A stretch of DNA of 63,374 nucleotides, the filler included, from Trichomonas gallinae (Eukaryota): the NCBI GenBank assembly GCA_008369845.1. It is 7 parts of 7 records of this genome, joined end to end, with 100 filler letters (N's around TTAATTAATTAA, not from the genome) between each part and the next. Parts side by side here need not be neighbours in the genome. Positions count along the whole stretch, not along the records: positions 54,704 to 59,569 come from MRSU01000849.1; positions 59,670 to 63,374 come from MRSU01000853.1; 5 more parts are not named here. One strand, 5' to 3'. Positions 55,728-63,374 of the stretch are shown piece after piece. The number at the start of each line of letters is the position of its first letter. The first letter of the stretch is position 1. A program made the translations under genes and the position numbers. Under the pieces are notes generated by a model. It was given only the letters and a program-made list of their open reading frames with translations. It had not been told where the DNA came from and made no database searches.

Positions 55728-56506
55728 AATGTTATAAATTAATTTTTCCAGATTACCGCTGTTATTATAAGTAAATTATTTACGAATCTCATTATTATTC
55801 GATTTTTCAACCGGATAGTACCCAAAGCAAATAATTTTACAAGAAAATGAAAATATTTGTTTTTCCAACATTTAGTATCTGAAATACCTATTATTATTGT
55901 TCAAATCATTCATTGTCGTTTCAATTATATCAAATAATATGAATCATATGTGCTTGAATTGGTCAGCTGCACCTCTTATAGCGTTTTTACTATAGGAATA
56001 ATCTTTTTCCAGTACTCCAACTTGAAATGTTCTTAATTCAGCAAGTTTCAAATAATAACTGCTAAGGCGTCCATGAACTGTATAACCGTATAAGCCTTTC
56101 ACATATGCTTTCTATATTTTCTATATAGAAATAAATCTAATAATTACGGTAGAGATTTTGATATTGTTTCTTAGCAATTTTGATATTTATGAAAAGAATA
56201 TTTGTTATCTTCCAATTTGGTGTCTAATATAATGTTTGCAATTCATAACATAATCATTCATTATATTAGAATTGGCAAGCCATTTTTTGGAATACTTAAG
56301 TGATCTTTCGATTCACATCTGGCTTTTGAAAATAAGTTTATACTCTTTTTCCTAGTGTCCAGCCACAGAGTATGGAGAATCAGGCGTCGTCTATATTCTC
56401 CCCCATTGATTTATGTATGTTTAAAAATGTTGGTGGCGAATTTATAAAGGTGACAATTATCGTCTGCGGTGTAAAACAAAAAACGTGCTTTTCACATTTC
56501 AAATAA

Positions 56507-56866
56507 ATGTTTTGTCCTTTATCAACGCCTAGAGCAGTGAACTTGTCTAGCGCCAAGAAAAATGAAGTGTACACATCATCGCCTCACTCTAGGAGAAGCA
56601 TATCTCCCAAAAAATCAAAAAACGAAAGACAAAGACAAATTTTGGAGCAAAAAACTCTCGACCAGCTAAAGAAAATGTACGAGGATTTATTTGAAAGCTA
56701 TAAAAATGCTCTCGATGAACAGAAGAATCTACAAGAAGAAAGATTCGCGGTTATTGATAGTATTAACAATATAAGGAAAGAAACGTCATCGATCGAGGAG
56801 AGCATTCATAGGGCATCATCTACGAATTCTACAATGTCACTGACATACTTTGGTGGTCTTGTTTAG
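56507..56866 (+). CDS. Small hypothetical coiled-coil protein
   Basis: 119 aa; Ser/Pro/basic N-terminus then a heptad pattern; TCACATTT upstream. Confidence 0.7.
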   Translation: MFCPLSTPRAVNLSSAKKNEVYTSSPHSRRSISPKKSKNERQRQILEQKTLDQLKKMYEDLFESYKNALDEQKNLQEERFAVIDSINNIRKETSSIEESIHRASSTNSTMSLTYFGGLV

Positions 56867-57481
56867 ATATCTACCTTAATACAGTCCAAAACATATAGAA
56901 TACTGTTTTCTATACTGAATTGGAGTGATTCTCAACTTTATTTGGCAAAAAGACTTGAAAAATTTTTAACGATTCTATCAAAGTCATTATCTGCAATTAC
57001 TCATGTCGTATTTGAGTAAATTAGAACCAAACACATCGATTTATATATACAAAATAGTCCCAAAATTACTGCAAATTAACAGCAAAAAAATCGGTTTATT
57101 TTCAAGTTAAAACTATTTACATCTTTCAATCTATACTAGCTATAAGCAAAATTACTTTCCAAACTTAAGACCAAATGAGTTAATGATTATTATTATCACA
57201 AACTATTATGGAATCTAGTGTTAGCATGTAGAACATATTTGTTATTGAAATAAAAAGAATGTGGATTTGGTTATGCTTATTTTCACAGTTTTTACCAAAT
57301 CTTATTAATAAAATATCAATTTTTGAGCCTTTTAATATAATAAAAATAATAGACACAAATAATATATTTTCAATATTATACCAAAACATTTTAAATTTGA
57401 TTATTTTTTTGAAAATTGAATATTATGCGTGAAATAAAGAATAGAGATGAAAATTGTATAATAAATGTTTAAAAGTATAAA

Positions 57482-59005
57482 TTACATTTCAGAAAGAAGA
57501 ACATAAACCCTCATCTGATCGATGAAGTAAGAATGATAACCGGAAAGGTTCTTATCTTCTTGCGATTTCTGCATCGATGCTGTCTTATCTAGTGAATCTG
57601 CATGTTCAACCTGGTCGGCTTCTTCGATGCAAGCCATAATTTTGTCCCACATGTTAAGAGTGACTTTTCCGATGTTATTAGCGCACTCCTGTATGACAGA
57701 GTCCTCATTGAACCTCCAAACGAAGTACATTTCCTTCAAAATCCTATCAGGAGTCTTCGGAATTGCCTGAATTTGAGTTAAACCGAGTCTTGAGAGGTTA
57801 TACATTGCGCATCTTGCATCCTTATCGGATACAATGGCCTCATCTTCGAGTTGCCTCGTGTCAGCTATTTCCAAATCCTGCAATGTTTCGAAGATTCTTC
57901 CTTCTGTTGGACCTAGAACAGTTTCGACGAAGGAATTCGCGTACATGAGCTGTATCTTACGGATGCAGTTCGGAACTTTAAGGTCATGGACTGCGTGGTC
58001 TTCAGCAGTAGTAATTAATCCAAGAATTGGGTTGCAAAGTCGCTCAAGGCGCTCAAAGAAGACATCTGCTGGCATATCTGAGAAATTGCGATATATATCT
58101 GTGCTTGAAAACCTCGAATAAGGCATACCTTCGTTTCTTAATTGTTCATCTGGATGCTCAGCCATTTTACGATAGTGAACATAGTTGCAGCAGTGTGCAT
58201 TAGAAAGGATCTTATCAATAATATAAGCGTAATCAGGTCCAAAGCACTTATTAACGAAATTGATAATATATCTCGCTCTAATGAACTGTGCACATACGCT
58301 CCAGTCTACTGAAAATGCATCTGTTGGAATTTCTTCGATAACTTGTTGCTGTTTTGGCTGGTTAATGAGAGCTTCTTCTTCTCTCTGTTGCTGTGCTTTA
58401 GAAACTCTCTTTTGGTTCAATTGGAGGTTAGTTATTCTCCTCTCCAACGAGAAGACGTCTTGTGAGGTAAATGGATGATAGCTTCGAATTCCTTTGCATA
58501 AAAATCCGAGATTGAAAAGTTCTTTCGTTGTTTGCTCGAATTTCTCGTATATACTTGTTGCACTTGAATCTGAGTTCATTTGAATGTCTGTTACCGATTT
58601 AGATTCATTTTGAATGAAATATTTTGCGCCCTGCTCAACAGTGCAGACTCCTTGCAATAAATATATGTATAAAACATCGAGTAGTTCTTGTTTGGCATAA
58701 GCGGTACGAATTTCTTCAAGTAGAATTGAAGGAGCTGCTAAAATAAAGAGCGGCAAGGTAACTAAGGTGAGATTTGCGCGCTTTCCTTCGCCCTTGATGT
58801 TGATGACACCATGAACATGCATTGCTAAGCAGACTGTTTGAACATCAGTGACAGAAATATTTGTCCTCGAGCTGATGAAGCCAAGTGGGCATGGACCGTA
58901 GTCGTTGATTGCTTCAGCAACTACTCTGGCCGTCTTTCCAAATAGAACTTCAACAATCATAAGGACAAGGTCCCTCTTTAGTCCACTCGCACTCATTACT
59001 GACAT
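57482..59005 (-). CDS. RPC3: RNA polymerase III subunit RPC3 (C82/RPC62)
   Basis: Repeated winged-helix starts (LFGKTARVV, CFGPDYAYI, VLGPTEGRIF), D.RQL...A....KDAR..MY.L...G...IQAIPKT.DR...YFVW. Confidence 0.88.
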   Translation of the reverse strand: MSVMSASGLKRDLVLMIVEVLFGKTARVVAEAINDYGPCPLGFISSRTNISVTDVQTVCLAMHVHGVINIKGEGKRANLTLVTLPLFILAAPSILLEEIRTAYAKQELLDVLYIYLLQGVCTVEQGAKYFIQNESKSVTDIQMNSDSSATSIYEKFEQTTKELFNLGFLCKGIRSYHPFTSQDVFSLERRITNLQLNQKRVSKAQQQREEEALINQPKQQQVIEEIPTDAFSVDWSVCAQFIRARYIINFVNKCFGPDYAYIIDKILSNAHCCNYVHYRKMAEHPDEQLRNEGMPYSRFSSTDIYRNFSDMPADVFFERLERLCNPILGLITTAEDHAVHDLKVPNCIRKIQLMYANSFVETVLGPTEGRIFETLQDLEIADTRQLEDEAIVSDKDARCAMYNLSRLGLTQIQAIPKTPDRILKEMYFVWRFNEDSVIQECANNIGKVTLNMWDKIMACIEEADQVEHADSLDKTASMQKSQEDKNLSGYHSYFIDQMRVYVLLSEM

Positions 59006-59491
59006 TCTGTCATGTAAATTATATTATTCAATCCAAAATTTTGCCTCCATGTTTACATGGCAAATATCAATTATTTAAGGTTATTATTTTGTCAGTTGAC
59101 TTATAGGATATATTATTATTTGAATAATACTAGCTTGTGCACATAGTATTCAATCAGGTAGTAAATAAAACCCTATTTTTGGTATCCATAAGCTTATAAA
59201 TACTATAGTATTTCAGATTCGATTGTCAAAAAACTGTTTATATAATCATCGAATCTTCAGCAAGAAAATCTATTGAATCAGAGTTTGTTTCACACATACT
59301 TCCAAAGTATCTAGTATATAATCATATTCCCCTACTAGATTAGTTTAGTTCTTATCACATACGCTAATAGAAGTCGAAAAATAACCAGGTGAATTTTTGA
59401 TAAATATCAGAATCATTATGATGACGTTTAAAATTAAAAATATATGAGTTCATCAAAATATAGTGAAATATAGACACATTCTGTCAAACAT

Positions 59492-59569
59492 TAATGTTTC
59501 TATTTTGGTGAAAAATGGTCTATTTTGGAGGTTCAAAAAAAATCGGGCCTCCGGCGATGATAGCGCCGC
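59492..59569. mobile_element. Hairpin-bearing dispersed repeat, copy 2 (terminus at contig edge)
   Basis: 78 bp identical to 54526-54603, with different flanks. Confidence 0.8.
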
Positions 59570-59669
59570 NNNNNNNNNNNNNNNNNNNNNNNNNNNNNNN
59601 NNNNNNNNNNNNNTTAATTAATTAANNNNNNNNNNNNNNNNNNNNNNNNNNNNNNNNNNNNNNNNNNNN
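59570..59669. other. Assembly gap spacer
   Basis: N44-TTAATTAATTAA-N44. Confidence 0.99.
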
Positions 59670-61293
59670 TGTCAGAATGCTCGCCTGTGAAATCAACAGC
59701 TTCAAACTCGACATCATAGATCTTGTAATCAGTAGTTTGAGGGATGGTAAAATAAACAGCAAATGGTTCTAGTTCTTCTGTAACTGGGATGTTGAACTTG
59801 ACTGGTTGTTTGTCACCAAACTTGACGTTGAGACTGAGTTCTTTGTTGGCTTCCTTATCTGTTGCAACACCGAAAAGAACAACTTTATCGCCTGGGGCAC
59901 CATATGGGATACCATTATGGAAGCGATTCTTGCTTCCAACAAAAGCAGACTTAATTTCTGGTTTTGTGGGTGGCTTAACTGTAATAGTGAAAGTTTGTGG
60001 TTCTATTGAAACTCCGTCATCATCAACGAGCCAAATGGAAAGTTTGCGATCATTTCCTGGTTTGATATCTTTTGGAATTTGGATTTTTACGTCAAAGCTG
60101 ATTCCAGTTTCTGTAACATCAGTTTGCTGAATTTCGTTGATTCTTCCATTGTCAAACTGGTATTTGATGTAAACTTTGGACTCATCATCGGAAATTGTTC
60201 CCGCAATGTCAATGTAATCAAGTAGATTATACTCACCTGTTGGTTTTTTCGTGATTGTTAGCTTTGGTGGTGTTGACATTGGGAGCTTTGATTTTTCATG
60301 TGAAGATTCTTGCAGTTTTGAGTCCTTGACCCAATATGTATACTCATATGAATCAGCATCATCTGGAATGGTAATTTCATATGTCAATGTGCACTTTGGA
60401 TTCGTTTCACTTACTCTGCACTCTGTTGCTATAGGTTTTGTGGTTTTTGGTAGCTGTAGATATACCGAAATTTTTTCTGATTCGTAATTTGTTCCTTCAA
60501 TTTTGATAGTAGCTTTATCACCTCGGGAATAAAATCTCTTTGTTTCTGTAATGTCTTTAACCATAGGTTTGAAATTAGCAAAATCGTCACCTGTAACAAC
60601 AAAGCCAAGAACCACGGTCTCGCCACCAGGAATTTCTTTCTTTGCCCAGTGAAGAGATATGCCAATTGGATCGCCGGTTTTTACCCCTGAGCCTGTATGA
60701 TCAGAATCCCAATATGGGAATTGTGTTGGATCGTTCTCTGTGAATTCATGCTTACCATAGTGATAACCTGTTATATCTGGATAGTCGGTATTCTTGCCTA
60801 TAACTGAGATTATGTAATCAGTCAGAGAGGTAGGGTTAGATTTTCCTGTGCATTTTAATCCCATGCCGTTAGTGGACACAACTTTAACAACGTTATTAAC
60901 GTATTTAGTGCCAAATGTTGTAGCAAGCTTAGCATATGCGCCAAGATCAATCTTACGTGGGAAATTCTCATTGTTTGTAACTGCAAACTCTACAAAAAGG
61001 TATTTTTTGTCATTACTGTTGCGAGTTTTTCCTGTAACGGTGAATGAATCAAATGGACTTGTAACAGAAGGAGAATTGGCAGTAAGGAACATGGGATCTG
61101 ATGGCTTATCATTCTTATCATAAAATCTAAGAGCAATATAAAAGCCTTCTTGATTGTAGGTAAAATGGAGGTTTCCAGTTTCGAGATAATCGTATCCAGA
61201 TTTCAAATGGAAAAAGGCTTGGGATGGATTAGATGGAGCAGCATATTCAGCTAAAGCTCCACAGGATGCCAGGTACATCAAATACGAAAGCAT
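59670..61293 (-). CDS. Surface/secreted protein with tandem Ig-like (Bap-like) beta-sandwich repeats; 3' end in gap
   Basis: Signal-like MLSYLMYLASCGALA; ~100-aa units each ending in W/AV.D..(G)..S (YWVKDSK, WLVDDDG, AVDFTG); Inr TCATTTT upstream. Confidence 0.75.
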
Positions 61294-62401
61294 TCTATAG
61301 GTAAAATGATTTTGATGTAGGCACTCAATTGAGACTATAAATTTTCAGACTCATTTCAATAAATTGAATGTATCTGAAACAATAAACTATATGAATTGCA
61401 GTAGAAATGATATATAAACGATTTAAACTGAAAAATATTATAAAATCAATTTTGAATATAATAATATGTCGGTTGTTTTCCTTTTGTTGAATAGATAATA
61501 TAAACAGTAATCAAAATGTGAGATTATTATGATCGATCCATCCAAGCAAAATGTATGTGGAATTAAAAGTTAATGGAACAGTATGTGTCTAACGAATGAA
61601 AAAAAATGATTTTTTGGATAATAACAAATTGAATGAACTTCAAAAAAATTATTCATTAATTCATTATTATTATCATCATATATTACAATCCAAACGATTT
61701 TGATCATCAAAAGTGACAAAAAAGTTGAAATGAATAAAATTCAATTCAAATTTGAATATATCATGAATATTATGAATATTCATAATAAATTTAAATTGGA
61801 GAATTTTTATTGTCAGAAAAGTTTAGTCAAGTCGGATATTTTATTTTGGTTATTTGAATTAAATTTAAATTCCATAAATTAATTCAAGTGAAGTGAAAAT
61901 GTTGGATAAAAAAATTGAATGGTCATTTCACTTTGATACGTATTTTAAATTCACTATTGATATTTTAATTATATATCAAACTAAATGAATACAGTTTGAT
62001 AAAAATTCATTTTTGAGAACTAAAATATGAGAAGACTTATGAGTTTAATACATTACTCAAGAAGTCACAATATTGTTCTCAAAATTGAAATATGATAATG
62101 AATGCAAAATTATATCAGACTATTTGAGAGGATAGATATTTGTTACGCTCCACTCATCTCAATCCCTTCAAAAGTCTGAAATAATTTTGCGAAGCGCAAT
62201 TCTCTCAAAATTTCTTACCGAAAATCGCCATTCTTGTTCCATGCAATTATTCAAACGGCATTCCTGCATTTGAACAAGTTTGAAAAATTGAATGGATCAA
62301 GATTTGCAAATTTATTAAACAACGATTATTTTCCATTCAAAACTTTTAAATTCAAAACCGAAAATAATCATATATTATATATGATATATATATATATATA
62401 A

Positions 62402-63180
62402 AGGTAGGATGTGGTTTAGTACGTTATAAAAAAAATGCAAAATTTCGTCCTCGGACGTTAAAAAGTGATTATATCTCATCAACTTTAAGTTGCTCGCTAC
62501 TATACTGTTATAGACTAGATGATACACGAAATTATCTACCTAATCAGAGAGAACCATATGACTTTGCCTAACAATTTTTCGAATAATATCGTTTTTTTCA
62601 AAATTTTCGTCCTTTTATGCCAATTCTACCACCAATGTAATCTTTATTTCATAGAAATGCATACGGGCATTTCAGATTGAGTCGAATTTTTCGAATCGCA
62701 GATATCAAAATTGATACAAATTTGGCTCAATGAAGACGGCCAAAATTTCAGGTTCCACAAATTCGTACCGCTTAAAGATTTTGAGGAAGATCTAAAAATC
62801 GAAATTTCATGTGAAAAAAATAAAAATAGGAAAAAGAGAGGAAAAGAAGGAAAACAGAAGAAGAAAGGAAAGAGAAAAACATAATAATGGACATATGCGA
62901 TAGAGATGCCCCCTGCCCGAGGCGATGATGACGCCGCACCGTAGGCACAGCAGTGCTATCATCGCCAGAGGCCCGATTTTTTTTTTTTGTCAAAAATGCC
63001 CATTGGGCAATGGGCGGTCATTTTTTATTTTGCAGAAGCTTATTAATAAGATAAATTTTTTACGCATTGGATTTTGCACACCAGGCGCTAAGCCTCTCCA
63101 TATGGCACGATTTTTTAACTTCGTGCCACATGACAAAAAAAAAACAGTATCCAATGTTGTTAACTGCTTTTTCGGTTTAA
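62402..63180. mobile_element. Probable transposon-derived region containing a diverged inverted copy of the hairpin repeat
   Basis: Starts after a (TA)n run; 62921-62990 is the reverse complement of the 54570-54603 core with substitutions; several hairpins. Boundaries uncertain. Confidence 0.5.
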
Positions 63181-63374
63181 CTTAAATATATATCTGAGAA
63201 ACAGACTATAAAAAAAAGAGAGAATGTATCAATTAAATAAAGTATATAGATGTCTATCGTCATCGCTATCGTTATCCATTGGAATTCGAATCGTTAATAC
63301 ATATGAATATATTAGTATATGTACTAAATAAATATTTATTAATTTTTTGAAAAACTTCGTGATTCGCTGTGAAA

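Noticed and set aside
51830..59005. tRNA genes near the Pol III subunit RPC3 as a functional cluster
   Set aside because: Separated by gaps and unrelated genes; proximity is probably chance
8857..59669. Six identical TTAATTAATTAA palindromes flanked by Ns
   Set aside because: Artificial six-frame-stop contig linkers, not biological repeats or a CRISPR array

Overview
AT-rich, essentially intron-less eukaryotic scaffold with trichomonad hallmarks (most likely Trichomonas vaginalis or a close relative): TCA(T/C)TTT initiator elements just before ATGs, TAAA poly(A) signals overlapping stop codons, IBD and Myb transcription-factor families, several CAMK-type kinases and Rabs. Six 100-nt assembly spacers (N44-TTAATTAATTAA-N44) join contigs that break inside multicopy sequence (RPS24, tRNAs, probable transposon ends). 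About 25 protein genes are present: Hsp70 (partial), ENT transporter, glycerol-3-P dehydrogenase, 2 Rabs, RPS24, an IBD protein, 2 Mybs, 3 kinases (one split by a single in-frame TGA), a 3072-aa repeat protein, a CFAP100-like protein, a saposin-TM protein, Sec12-like, PDE, TMEM50/Vps68, RPC3 and an Ig/Bap-like surface protein. There are also 2 tRNAs, DnaJ and midasin-like pseudogenes, and transposon-like termini. The most notable unexplained signals are: a recurrent TG(T/A/C)CATGTAAA promoter motif, densely arrayed in one bidirectional promoter; an ANTH-like adaptor with inverted domain order; a Sec12 with Sed4-like luminal domain and NDEL; an ALY/LIN9-like protein; and a hairpin-bearing repeat family with palindromic junctions. 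All family calls are by eye from motifs; no searches were run.
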